From NCBI GenBank assembly GCA_036803945.1, contig DAIRTK010000002.1:14854-78853 (forward strand): a DNA stretch of 64,000 nt. Direction: 5' to 3'. Positions 10,111 through 19,913 of this stretch are shown here, piece after piece. The DNA is from Synergistaceae bacterium (lineage in GTDB: Bacteria > Synergistota > Synergistia > Synergistales > Synergistaceae). The notes under the pieces are model-generated. The model searched no databases and had not been told where the DNA came from. It was given only the letters and a program-made list of their open reading frames with translations. Positions within the stretch are counted from its first letter, which is position 1, and each line of letters opens with the position of its first letter. A program made the translations under genes and the position numbers.

Positions 10111-11226
10111 ATGAAAATTGCACTTGGTGCTGATCATGCGGGCTATGGATTGAAAGAAGAGATCAAAGAACATCTTGTTTCCATAGGACACGAGATCCTG
10201 GACTGCGGCACTTCTTCGGGTGATCTGAGCGTAGATTACCCCGACTGCGGATTCAGGGCAGCAGAGAAGGTTGCCAGCCATAAGGCCGACCTGGGAATAC
10301 TTTTCTGCGGAACAGGCATTGGCATGAGTATTACAGCAAACAAGGTGGCCGGCATCAGGGCAGCTCTTTGCCACGACCACTTTACGGCAGCAATGAGCCG
10401 CAGGCACAACAACGCCAACGTGCTGGTCATAGGGAGCAGAGTAACGGGATCAGGGCTGGCAAAAGAGATAGTCGACACCTGGCTTAGCGAAGAGTTCGAA
10501 GGCGGAAGGCATGCAATCCGAGTAGAAAAGATCACAGCATTTGAAAGAGACCACTCATCCGAAACAGCCAACGGCAAGTGCTCGTCAAACGCTGCAGGCG
10601 GAAGGACAGTGGTGATCGAACATCCGCTTGTAAGGCACAAGCTTGGCCTGATGAGAGACAAGAACACATCTTCAAAGGATTTCAGGGACCTTGTTCAGGA
10701 AGTTGCCGGACTCATGGTATATGAGATAACAAGGCACCTTTCACTTGAAGAGATAGAGATCGAGACCCCTGTCGCAAAGGCAAGGGTATTTACTCTTTCC
10801 GGGAAAAAGCTGGCAATAGTCCCTGTTTTAAGAGCAGGATTGGGCATGGTCGAAGGCATCCTCAAGCTGATTCCAAACGCAAAGGTGGGGCATATCGGCC
10901 TTTACAGAGATCCGGAGACACTGCTGCCTGTAGATTACTACTGTAAACTGCCCAAGGATATTTCAGAGAGAGACATATTTGTCGTGGACCCGATGCTTGC
11001 GACCGGCGGCTCTGCAGCAGCTGCGGTAGCGCATATAAAAGGTTACGGCGGCAAAAGGATCTCACTGGTATCGCTTCTTTCCGCACCCGAGGGCATCGCA
11101 AGGTTCCATGAAGAACACCCCGACGTCGATATTTATACTGCAGCTGTGGACAGCCATCTGAACGACCATGGATACATCGTGCCCGGGCTCGGAGACGCAG
11201 GAGACAGACTTTTCGGAACAAAATAG
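10111..11226 (+). CDS. rpiB-upp: Fused ribose-5-phosphate isomerase B / uracil phosphoribosyltransferase
   Basis: N-terminal ~145 aa: [29 protein letters not shown] (RpiB). C-terminal ~205 aa: [31 protein letters not shown] (Upp). Single frame. Confidence 0.95.
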   Translation: MKIALGADHAGYGLKEEIKEHLVSIGHEILDCGTSSGDLSVDYPDCGFRAAEKVASHKADLGILFCGTGIGMSITANKVAGIRAALCHDHFTAAMSRRHNNANVLVIGSRVTGSGLAKEIVDTWLSEEFEGGRHAIRVEKITAFERDHSSETANGKCSSNAAGGRTVVIEHPLVRHKLGLMRDKNTSSKDFRDLVQEVAGLMVYEITRHLSLEEIEIETPVAKARVFTLSGKKLAIVPVLRAGLGMVEGILKLIPNAKVGHIGLYRDPETLLPVDYYCKLPKDISERDIFVVDPMLATGGSAAAAVAHIKGYGGKRISLVSLLSAPEGIARFHEEHPDVDIYTAAVDSHLNDHGYIVPGLGDAGDRLFGTK

Positions 11227-11251
11227 ATGATGGGGAATTAGGGCTGATACT

Positions 11252-12133
11252 GTGTTTTCAATATACCTGTTTACCCTTGTGACTTTTTTGTGGGGGCTGA
11301 TAGCCACTCCCGTGTCGATCAGCCTTGCTCAAAAGTTCAGGCTTCTGGACATTCCCGGCGGCAGAAAGCAGCACCGAAGCATAATGCCGCGCGGGGCAGG
11401 CATTGTCCTGTGGAGCGGTTATCTTCTTTGGGCACTTTTTGTAGGCAATCCCGGAGTTGAAGTCCCCTTTATAGCTACAGGGGCTACGATCGTTTTCATA
11501 GTAGGGTATATGGATGACATGCATCCTCTGCCGCCTTTGCTGAGGCTTTTTTTCCACCTCGCGGCGGCTGCGTGGGTATCCTACCCCCTGCCGGTTCCCC
11601 TCTGGCAGAGAATGCTCATAATTTTCTGGATCACCGGCACTACAAACGCCTATAACCTGATAGACGGTATGGATGGTCTTTGTCTTACAATGACGCTGAT
11701 AACAGCTGTAGCGGCTGTCTTTGCAGGAAACTCCTATGTATGGATGCCCCTTGCGGGACTGGTATTCGGAGTTCTGCTCTGGAATTTCCCGCAGCCCAGA
11801 ACATTCCTTGGGGACGGGGGAAGCACTCTTCTGGGATATATTTGTGCATCACACTTTGCATGGAGCATTTTCCCGGATCTCTTCGGAAAGGGGTTTTTCA
11901 GCGTTTCAGCCGTGCTCTTTTTCATTGGCGGTGTACCTGTTATAGATACCCTTACAGCTATGACAAGAAGGATCCTTACAAAAAAGTCTCCGTTTTCACC
12001 AGACAGGGGACATGCCCACCATAAGCTCCTCGACATAGGTTTCTCAAAGCTCCGTACACTGGCTATACTGGGAAGTGCCCATCTCGCTCTTGTCCTGGCA
12101 GGACTGAGGCTTCTGGGAACAAAGATCCTATAG
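11252..12133 (+). CDS. MraY/WecA/TagO family polyprenyl-phosphate HexNAc-1-phosphate transferase
   Basis: Multi-TM protein with GYMDD, NAYNLIDGMDGL, FLGDGGS and DRGHAHH motifs. Confidence 0.92.
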   Translation: MFSIYLFTLVTFLWGLIATPVSISLAQKFRLLDIPGGRKQHRSIMPRGAGIVLWSGYLLWALFVGNPGVEVPFIATGATIVFIVGYMDDMHPLPPLLRLFFHLAAAAWVSYPLPVPLWQRMLIIFWITGTTNAYNLIDGMDGLCLTMTLITAVAAVFAGNSYVWMPLAGLVFGVLLWNFPQPRTFLGDGGSTLLGYICASHFAWSIFPDLFGKGFFSVSAVLFFIGGVPVIDTLTAMTRRILTKKSPFSPDRGHAHHKLLDIGFSKLRTLAILGSAHLALVLAGLRLLGTKIL

Positions 12134-12204
12134 ACAGGATTTTTCTGTAAAATCACAGGCTTGACAACAGCATGGCAAAGAACTGATTTTGGGAGGATAT
12201 TTAA

Positions 12205-13335
12205 ATGGACCGTAAAAAAACTGTGGTATGCGTAGTGGGGACACGCCCCGAGGCGATCAAGATGGCGCCCGTGGTAATTGCCCTTCGCACCCAGGGATAT
12301 TTTGATGTGAAGATACTGGCTACCGGTCAGCATTCAACCATGCTCGACCAGGCTCTTGGCCATTTCAGGCTTACAGCAGACTTAAACCTGCACATAATGA
12401 AGGAACGGCAGTCCCTCGACCATATCACATCATCTGTACTGACAGGAGCCGGAGATTATTTTGACAGGGTCACCCCGGCTGCAGTACTTGTCCATGGAGA
12501 CACGACGACCACCTTTGCTTCCGCACTCGCTGGATTTTACAGAAATATTCCTGTCGGCCATGTTGAAGCGGGGCTCAGGAGCGGAAACATGAAGCTCCCT
12601 TTTCCGGAAGAGATGAACAGGGTCCTTACGGACAGGATCACTCACTGGGCCTTCGCTCCGACAGAACTCGCCAGGGAAAACCTTCTTAAAGAGGGCACTC
12701 CGAAAGATATGATACACGTGACAGGCAACACTGTGATAGATGCACTCTTTTATACTGTAAAAAGTACTTCCAGACCCGCATGCGAGGAGCTGTCGAGACT
12801 TCCGGACGATGCACCCTTCCTGCTTGTAACGGCGCACAGGAGGGAATCCTGGGGAAAACCGCTGGAAGATATTTGCGCCGCCCTCTCCATGCTGCTTGAT
12901 ATACATCCGGAACTCTGGATGGTCATACCCATGCACAGGAACCCGTCTGTAAGGGAGACTATAAGAAATCACCTTGACGGACGGAACAATGTTATCCTGT
13001 GCGACCCTCTTGACTATCCCGATTTCGTATGGGCGATGAACGCATCAAAGTTTATACTCAGTGACAGCGGGGGAGTTCAGGAAGAGGCTTCCGCGATCAA
13101 AAAACCTGTTCTTATCCTCAGGGATGTGACAGAAAGGCCGGAGGCAGTAGAAAATGGAAGCGGAGTCCTTGTCGGAGTTGACAGGGATAAGATATTCTCA
13201 AACGCTGTCGGTTTGCTTGAAAACAGCGAACGCCTTGCCGAAATTGAAAGGAAATGCGCATCTCAGCCTTTTGGCGACGGAACAGCTTCGATAAAGATCG
13301 CTGAAGCTTTGAGGGACTATTTTGAAAGAGACTAG
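12205..13335 (+). CDS. wecB: UDP-N-acetylglucosamine 2-epimerase (non-hydrolysing)
   Basis: GTRPEAIKMAP, HGDTTT, HVEAGLRS, PEEMNR, DSGGVQEEA and TERPE motifs. Confidence 0.97.
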   Translation: MDRKKTVVCVVGTRPEAIKMAPVVIALRTQGYFDVKILATGQHSTMLDQALGHFRLTADLNLHIMKERQSLDHITSSVLTGAGDYFDRVTPAAVLVHGDTTTTFASALAGFYRNIPVGHVEAGLRSGNMKLPFPEEMNRVLTDRITHWAFAPTELARENLLKEGTPKDMIHVTGNTVIDALFYTVKSTSRPACEELSRLPDDAPFLLVTAHRRESWGKPLEDICAALSMLLDIHPELWMVIPMHRNPSVRETIRNHLDGRNNVILCDPLDYPDFVWAMNASKFILSDSGGVQEEASAIKKPVLILRDVTERPEAVENGSGVLVGVDRDKIFSNAVGLLENSERLAEIERKCASQPFGDGTASIKIAEALRDYFERD

Positions 13336-13370
13336 AGACTATTATTTCTCAGTTCTGACTGGAGTGACTG

Positions 13371-14630
13371 TTGTTGGAGGATAAGATGATCATCAGGGGA
13401 GGGAACCCCCTTTACGGCACCATAGATGTTCAGGGAGCAAAGAATGCTGCCCTGCCTGCTATGGCTGCCTCGATACTTCTGAAGGGCAAAAAGCTTGTCC
13501 TCAAAAAGGTCCCCGACCTCTATGACATTCATACGATGTCTGACCTGCTGAGGCATATAGGCATTGCCGTAGAGTTCAGAAACAATCATATGACCATAGA
13601 TGTTCCGGAAGATCTGAACTGGGATGCACCGGCAGAACTGGTTCGGAAGATGAGGGCCTCATCGCTTGTCCTCGGTCCTCTTGTGGCAAGGTGCGGCAAA
13701 GCAGTACTCCCTCTGCCGGGCGGATGCGTACTGGGCAGCAGGCCGATAGATTTCCACCTCAAAGGTCTTGTAAAAATGGGGGCCGAGATCGATCTTAACA
13801 GAGGCTCTGTATTTGCAAGCGCAGGGAGGCTAAAGGGTGAAAGAATAACCCTGGACTATCCCTCCGTCGGTGCCACAGAGAACCTTATGATGGCCGCGGC
13901 TCTGGCTCATGGGGTCACATTCATAGAAAATGCGGCACAGGAACCCGAGATCATAAACCTGGCAGATGTACTCAGGCTGATGGGCATACCGGTTAAGGGA
14001 GACGGTACCCCTACTGTCAGGATAACAGGAAGGCCCGAGGCAGGTTCTGCCGAAGCCGAGATAATCCCGGACAGGATAGAGGCAGCCACTTATCTCATAG
14101 CAGGGATCATTACCAAGGGGTCAGTAACTGTAAGAGGTATTGATTCAGGGCTTATTGACGCTATTTTGATGAAGCTGACCGAGGCGGGAGCCTCTGTTGA
14201 GATAATCCTTGACGAGGTTACAGCAAAATGGAGAGGTCAGCTGACCGGTATCCCGGTAAAGACCATGCCTTACCCCGGATTCCCGACTGATACCCAGCCT
14301 CAGCTCATGGCAGCTCTTTCCCTGGCTTCGGGGACCAGCGTAATACATGAGAGTGTATTTGATTCAAGGCTCCTCCATATAAACGAATTCAAAAAAATGG
14401 GGGCAAAAATCGAGCTTCAGGACACTACAGCCATCGTAACCGGGGTCAGCAGGCTCACAGGGGCAGAGGTACACGCGTCGAATCTCAGAGCCGGAGCTGC
14501 ACTGATACTGATGGGGCTGGCAGCAGAAGGCGTGACGACTGTGCACGATCTGTACCATGTATGGAGAGGTTACGAGGGAATGGTTGAGAAACTGAGATCC
14601 CTTGGAGCAGATATTGAACTGATTGTGTAG
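13371..14630 (+). CDS. murA: UDP-N-acetylglucosamine 1-carboxyvinyltransferase
   Basis: GAKNAALP, MRAS, LPGGC, SVGATEN and YPGFPTD motifs. Confidence 0.97.
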   Translation: MLEDKMIIRGGNPLYGTIDVQGAKNAALPAMAASILLKGKKLVLKKVPDLYDIHTMSDLLRHIGIAVEFRNNHMTIDVPEDLNWDAPAELVRKMRASSLVLGPLVARCGKAVLPLPGGCVLGSRPIDFHLKGLVKMGAEIDLNRGSVFASAGRLKGERITLDYPSVGATENLMMAAALAHGVTFIENAAQEPEIINLADVLRLMGIPVKGDGTPTVRITGRPEAGSAEAEIIPDRIEAATYLIAGIITKGSVTVRGIDSGLIDAILMKLTEAGASVEIILDEVTAKWRGQLTGIPVKTMPYPGFPTDTQPQLMAALSLASGTSVIHESVFDSRLLHINEFKKMGAKIELQDTTAIVTGVSRLTGAEVHASNLRAGAALILMGLAAEGVTTVHDLYHVWRGYEGMVEKLRSLGADIELIV

Positions 14631-14649
14631 TTCGGGAGAGGGCGATCAA

Positions 14650-15507
14650 ATGGATGCGGCAAGTGCTCAGAAATTGACAGAAGAAAAGCTCAAAGAGGTC
14701 ACTACCTATGCATTCGTAGGGGCCGCCGGCACCGGAAAGAGCCAGAGAGCACAGTCTGTTGCGTCGATTGTCGACGCCGAATATATAATAGATGACGGAC
14801 TTGTCATCTATAAGGGCAGCATTGTCTGCGGAAAGAGCGCTAAATCTGAAAGGAATCAGATCAGCGCAATCCGCAGGGCTCTTTTTGAATTTGAAGACCA
14901 CCGTAAAGAAGTAATGGACTTTTTCGCAAAAGCCGCTCCCTGCTCTCTTATGATAATAGCCACCTCTGATGACATGGTAATGAGGATCATCAGAAAACTG
15001 AAGCTTCCTCTTCCTGAAAAAGTGATCAAAATAGAGGACATAGCGGCTCCCGAAGAGATCACCAAGGCGAGAAGGGAAAGATTTACAAAAGGGAAACATG
15101 TTATCCCGGTCTCACATGTGCTGGTCAGGAAAAATTTTGCAGGAAAACTGGTAGGCCAGCTGAGGGTCTTCTGGAAGTCAAAGGACAACCATGAAGGGGA
15201 AAAAACTATTGTCAGGCCTCCTTTCAGCTTTTACGGGGAGGTTCACATTGAACCGGAGGCCATAGAGGAACTGGTCACTTTTATAGCCGGACGTACATCA
15301 CAGGTCGCCAAGGTCGTCGAGGTCAACGTAAGCCCCGAAAATGAAGAAAGTCTCTCCATAACGATAAAGATCGCAGCCAGCCTGGGTGAAAAAAATTTCG
15401 TCACCCTTGCAACGCTGGTCAAAGAGAGAACTGCCGTAAGCGTAAGATATTTTACCGGGCTGAATGTCAAGAATGTCGATGTCATAATAACGGAGGTGCT
15501 TATCTGA
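14650..15507 (+). CDS. Uncharacterised P-loop protein with probable C-terminal Asp23/Gls24-like domain
   Basis: Walker A GAAGTGKS and IIDDGL. C-terminus (GEVHI..., TGLNVKNVDVII) resembles Asp23 domains. ATG at 14650 follows GGGAGAGGG. Confidence 0.7.
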   Translation: MDAASAQKLTEEKLKEVTTYAFVGAAGTGKSQRAQSVASIVDAEYIIDDGLVIYKGSIVCGKSAKSERNQISAIRRALFEFEDHRKEVMDFFAKAAPCSLMIIATSDDMVMRIIRKLKLPLPEKVIKIEDIAAPEEITKARRERFTKGKHVIPVSHVLVRKNFAGKLVGQLRVFWKSKDNHEGEKTIVRPPFSFYGEVHIEPEAIEELVTFIAGRTSQVAKVVEVNVSPENEESLSITIKIAASLGEKNFVTLATLVKERTAVSVRYFTGLNVKNVDVIITEVLI

Positions 15508-16166
15508 TGGAGAGGGAAAAAATCATCCCGGATCTCTCCTGCGATGAAAAAAATAAGGCAAGATGCATTTTATGGGAGAGGGCAAAGGCCGCGGCACTCT
15601 CCTGCAAAGGCTGTTCGCTTTCCGCCACAAGGACCAACGTGGTCTTCGGTGACGGGAACGAGAGAAGCAGGCTCCTCTTTATCGGCGAGGGTCCGGGAGC
15701 GGACGAAGACGAACAGGGGCTTCCTTTCGTAGGAAGGGCAGGACAGCTTCTTACCCAGATCCTGACTGCAGGAGGCATAGACAGAAAAGATGTTTTCATA
15801 ACAAATATAGTAAAGTGCAGGCCCCCTGAGAACAGGGTCCCTACGCCGGAGGAAATGATAGTATGCGACCATCACCTCCAGACCCAGATAATGCTTATAG
15901 ATCCGGCGATGATAATTTTACTCGGCAACACTCCTACAAGGTGGATACTTAAGACCAACGAGGGAATAACAAAAATCAGGGGAAAATGGTTTGAGTGGCG
16001 CGGCATAGCAGTTATGCCGATGTTTCATCCCAGTTATCTTTTAAGGAACGCATCATCTAAAGAGGGCAGCCCCAAACACCTGACCTGGATAGATATACAG
16101 GAAGTGAAGAGGGCATGGGACGAGGTCAGGGAGACAGGAAGCCTGGGCAGCATCAAATTCGGGTAG
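15507..16166 (+). CDS. Uracil-DNA glycosylase family 4 ([4Fe-4S])
   Basis: CxxC, GEGPG, PFVGRAG, KCRPPENR and FHPSYLLR motifs. Confidence 0.95.
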   Translation: MEREKIIPDLSCDEKNKARCILWERAKAAALSCKGCSLSATRTNVVFGDGNERSRLLFIGEGPGADEDEQGLPFVGRAGQLLTQILTAGGIDRKDVFITNIVKCRPPENRVPTPEEMIVCDHHLQTQIMLIDPAMIILLGNTPTRWILKTNEGITKIRGKWFEWRGIAVMPMFHPSYLLRNASSKEGSPKHLTWIDIQEVKRAWDEVRETGSLGSIKFG

Positions 16167-16172
16167 GCCGAC

Positions 16173-16862
16173 ATGAAAGAGAAGAAGCTTGACCACATTG
16201 GAATAATAATGGACGGCAACGGCCGCTGGGCAAAATCAAGGGGGCTTCCCAGGATATTTGGCCACAGAGAGGGAGTAAAGGCAGTAGAAAGGACTCTCAG
16301 AGCTGCAAAGGAACTCGGAATACCATGTGTCTCGCTATACGCTTTTTCAACTGAAAACTGGAATAGGCCGAAAGCGGAAGTTCTGGGACTGATGGGCCTT
16401 TTGAAGTATTATATGCAGATAAAGATCGACGAACTGGATAAAGAAAACGCAAGGCTGAGATTTGCCGGGAATATTTCCGGTCTGCCGGAGGATATTCAGG
16501 AGATAATTAAAGATGCCGAATATAAAACCAGAAACAATGATGCCATGCAGCTCGTCGTTTGTCTCAACTACGGCGGAAGGCAGGAAATACTGGACGCAGT
16601 CAACAAAATCCTCTGCGACAAATTATCGGGGCCTGTCACGGAAGAAATTTTCCGCCGATATCTTTACCTCCCTGACATTCCTGACCCTGACCTGCTGATA
16701 AGGACCAGCGGAGAACTGAGGATGAGCAACTTCTGGCTGTGGCAGGGAAGCTACAGTGAATTTTATTTTACGGACAAATATTGGCCCGACTTCGGCAAGC
16801 CTGATCTGGAAGAGGCGATAGCCGTTTATTTCAGGAGGGAAAGACGATATGGCAAAGCATGA
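16173..16862 (+). CDS. uppS: Undecaprenyl diphosphate synthase
   Basis: IIMDGNGRWA, AFSTENW, NYGGR and IRTSGELRMSNF motifs. Confidence 0.97.
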   Translation: MKEKKLDHIGIIMDGNGRWAKSRGLPRIFGHREGVKAVERTLRAAKELGIPCVSLYAFSTENWNRPKAEVLGLMGLLKYYMQIKIDELDKENARLRFAGNISGLPEDIQEIIKDAEYKTRNNDAMQLVVCLNYGGRQEILDAVNKILCDKLSGPVTEEIFRRYLYLPDIPDPDLLIRTSGELRMSNFWLWQGSYSEFYFTDKYWPDFGKPDLEEAIAVYFRRERRYGKA

Positions 16863-17679
16863 CAATTTTTTAACTTCTATACCTGACCTTCCGCTAAGGG
16901 CATTCAGCAGCATCTTTATCGTCCTTATAATACTTGGCGGGATAGTAAAGGGAGGCCACATATGGAACGGAGTGGTCTCTGTAATTGCAATGCTCTCATT
17001 ATGGGAGTTTTACAGGCTCCTTTCTGTAAAGCATGACATATCTCCCTGGCTGATAATGCTTTCAGGCGCATTTATACTGATCGGCGCATCTTCTCAGATG
17101 AGCCTTACTGCGATACTCTGCTCAATATCCTCTATCGTCTTTGTCGCCCTTTTCCTTGAGACAGTGCGCCGCCAGGTGAGCGGGGAAAGTTTTGCGCTCG
17201 AAAACATGGGAGCAACCATCGTAGGTATCGCATATGTTATCCTTCCCTGGTCATTTATGATACTTATCCGGTCAAGAGAACTTGGATCACTTTTCCTCAT
17301 AACACTTTTCTTCTGCACTTGGAGCTGCGATGTGGCGGCATACATCGTAGGAAGCCGTCTCGGAAGAAACCTGCTCTGTGAAAAGATCAGCCCGAAAAAA
17401 ACATGGGAAGGCTTTTTCGGCGGGGCTGCAGCCAGCCTGCTGTGCGGAGGCCTGCTGGCTCTGATTTTTTCATTTCCTCCGCTTCCGCTGTTGCTTATGG
17501 GGCTTCTCTGCGGTGTAGCCGGTCAGCTTGGGGACCTCGGTGAATCAGTTCTGAAAAGGGAAGCGGGAGTAAAGGATACCGGATCGATTATTCCGGGACA
17601 CGGAGGACTTCTGGACAGGTTCGACAGCATACTGGTCAACGGCACTCTTGCCTTTGTAATTTTCGAAATAATTGGCTGA
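16849..17679 (+). CDS. cdsA: Phosphatidate cytidylyltransferase
   Basis: Multi-TM; ISPKKTWEG, GDLGESVLKR and IPGHGGLLDRFDS motifs. Confidence 0.96.
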   Translation: MAKHDNFLTSIPDLPLRAFSSIFIVLIILGGIVKGGHIWNGVVSVIAMLSLWEFYRLLSVKHDISPWLIMLSGAFILIGASSQMSLTAILCSISSIVFVALFLETVRRQVSGESFALENMGATIVGIAYVILPWSFMILIRSRELGSLFLITLFFCTWSCDVAAYIVGSRLGRNLLCEKISPKKTWEGFFGGAAASLLCGGLLALIFSFPPLPLLLMGLLCGVAGQLGDLGESVLKREAGVKDTGSIIPGHGGLLDRFDSILVNGTLAFVIFEIIG

Positions 17680-17680
17680 T

Positions 17681-18853
17681 ATGCAATACGACAAGAAAAG
17701 AATAAGAGTTGCCGTAATAGGAGCCACCGGCAGTGTCGGTGGGGCAGCTCTGGATATCTGCAGAAGGTTTCCTGAACGTTTCCGGGTCGTTGCTCTTGCT
17801 GCCGAAAAAAATGAGAAGAAGCTTCTGGAGCTTGCATCCCTGCACAAAGCAGCTACAATTTGCCTTGCAAAACCCCGATCAGGGAACTTCAAAGCAGAAG
17901 GTCTGACCTGTCTTTCCGGGACAGAAGGCCTTTCAGAGATAGCCTCAGACCCTGAGATCGACCATGTTGTCTTCGCTTCGTCAGGGGTGGGTGCGATCAA
18001 GGCACTTCAGACAGCCCTGAAAGAGGGCAAGGACGTCTCCCTTGCAAACAAGGAAAGCATCGTCGTGGCAGGCCCCTGGGTGATGCCCCTTATATGCAGG
18101 AAGGATCAGCTCCGGCCGGTGGACAGCGAACACAGTGCCATATGGCAATGTCTGCGCGAAGATCCGGGGCGTGAGATATCAAAGATCTGGCTGACCGCAT
18201 CGGGGGGGCCCTTCAGGGGTCATACAAGGGAAATGCTGGAACATGTAACCCCTGAAGACGCTCTTTCGCACCCTGTGTGGAAAATGGGGGCAAAGATCAC
18301 TGTAGACAGTGCCACTTTAATGAATAAGGGCATAGAGTGCATAGAGGCCATGCAGCTTTTTGGACTTCCTGCCGACAGGGTAAGTGCACTGATACACCCT
18401 TCATCACAAGTCCACGGGGCAGTTCTTTTCTTTGACGGAACAATTAAAATGCTCTTATCAGCGGCAGATATGCGTATTCCGGCTGCAGCTGCCCTTGCAT
18501 GGCCCGAAAGGCTCGATCTGATCTCTTCAGGTTTTGGGCACATTGGACCTGACATCTGGGATCTTGATTTTAAGGGAATTGACGGTTCACTTTTTCCCTG
18601 TTTTGATATAGCCTGCATGGCAGGAGAGAAAGGCGGGCAATACCCGCCGCTGCTGGTAGGAGCGGACGAGGCTGCCGTAAGAGCATTCCTTAACGGAGAT
18701 ATTCCGTTTACAGCCATTCCGGGTGTAATAGAGGAAACTCTCTCCTCATCAAATTCTCCCCGCCCCGTTACTCTTGACGAAGCCATCGAACTGGTTGCCG
18801 AAGGAGAAATGAAAGCAGGGGAACTGTGCAAAAAATGGAGGCATTACTCTTGA
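17681..18853 (+). CDS. dxr: 1-deoxy-D-xylulose 5-phosphate reductoisomerase
   Basis: GATGSVG, LANKES, PVDSEH, TASGGPF and MGAKITVDSATLMNKG motifs. Alternative TTG start at 17672. Confidence 0.97.
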   Translation: MQYDKKRIRVAVIGATGSVGGAALDICRRFPERFRVVALAAEKNEKKLLELASLHKAATICLAKPRSGNFKAEGLTCLSGTEGLSEIASDPEIDHVVFASSGVGAIKALQTALKEGKDVSLANKESIVVAGPWVMPLICRKDQLRPVDSEHSAIWQCLREDPGREISKIWLTASGGPFRGHTREMLEHVTPEDALSHPVWKMGAKITVDSATLMNKGIECIEAMQLFGLPADRVSALIHPSSQVHGAVLFFDGTIKMLLSAADMRIPAAAALAWPERLDLISSGFGHIGPDIWDLDFKGIDGSLFPCFDIACMAGEKGGQYPPLLVGADEAAVRAFLNGDIPFTAIPGVIEETLSSSNSPRPVTLDEAIELVAEGEMKAGELCKKWRHYS

Positions 18854-19896
18854 TAAGCATGATATCTTTTCTGATAGTAATATCAATATGCGTCATATCC
18901 CATGAAGGGGGACACTACCTCTCGGCAAGATGGCGCAAAGTGCTGATCCACGAGTTTTCATTCGGGATGGGACCCTCTGTATGGAGCAGGCAGAAGGGGG
19001 AGACGCTGTGGTCACTCAGGGCTTTCCCCATAGGCGGATTCGTCAGGCTTGAGGGTGAAGATGCTTCAGGGGATGAACCTAGACCCGAGGGGTACGACCC
19101 TTCACGCTCACTCTCAGCAAAGAAGCCCTGGGAAAGACTCTTGGTCCTGGCTTCGGGGGCATCGGTCAACCTGTTGTTGGCATGGCTGCTGACAGCGGCC
19201 CTTTTGGCCGGGCACGGAGTCATGGATCTGGAAAGGCCGCTGGTCGGCAAAATAATGGAAGGGACCCCTGCTTTTTCCGCCGGAATTCAGCAGGGTGACA
19301 TTATCAGTTCCATTAACGGCAGAGTGCTGAACAAATGGTCTGACATAAGGGAAGCCATACAAGACAAGAATACAGCAAACGACCGCTTCCACATAACTGT
19401 GGAAAGAGGCAGGGATAAACTTGAGCTTGATATAGATATCCCTGCCGACCCGGCACACGGAGGCAGGCTTCTTGGAGTACAGCCTGGAAGGATCACTTAC
19501 CCCATACACACGGCTCTCCAAAAAAGCCTCGGCTACTCATGGAATATGGGCATGGAAATACTTAAGGGACTGTGGATGGTGCTGACCAGGAAGGTGCAGT
19601 CGGATGTAGTGGGTCCTGTCGGAATAGCAGTGATGGCAGGCGACGCGCTTAAGCAGGGCATATGGTCTTTTATTGCTTTTCTGGGAGTTATCAATCTCCA
19701 TCTTGGTCTTCTGAATCTCCTTCCTTTTCCGGCACTTGACGGCGGAAGGATAATATTCATAATTGCCGAAATGGCGACAGGGAAAAAGATCCCTGAAAAA
19801 TGGGAGGCGATGATCCATTACGGTGGATTCATTATTCTTATTTCGCTGATAATACTCGTTACAGGGAAAGACATCATCAGGCTCTTTATTAAATGA
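18850..19896 (+). CDS. rseP: RIP metalloprotease RseP (M50 family with PDZ)
   Basis: HEGGH, FSFGMGP, PDZ segment, NLLPFPALDGG; TTG start after GGAGG. Confidence 0.95.
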   Translation: MISMISFLIVISICVISHEGGHYLSARWRKVLIHEFSFGMGPSVWSRQKGETLWSLRAFPIGGFVRLEGEDASGDEPRPEGYDPSRSLSAKKPWERLLVLASGASVNLLLAWLLTAALLAGHGVMDLERPLVGKIMEGTPAFSAGIQQGDIISSINGRVLNKWSDIREAIQDKNTANDRFHITVERGRDKLELDIDIPADPAHGGRLLGVQPGRITYPIHTALQKSLGYSWNMGMEILKGLWMVLTRKVQSDVVGPVGIAVMAGDALKQGIWSFIAFLGVINLHLGLLNLLPFPALDGGRIIFIIAEMATGKKIPEKWEAMIHYGGFIILISLIILVTGKDIIRLFIK

Positions 19897-19913
19897 ACGG
19901 AAAGGCCTCATAA

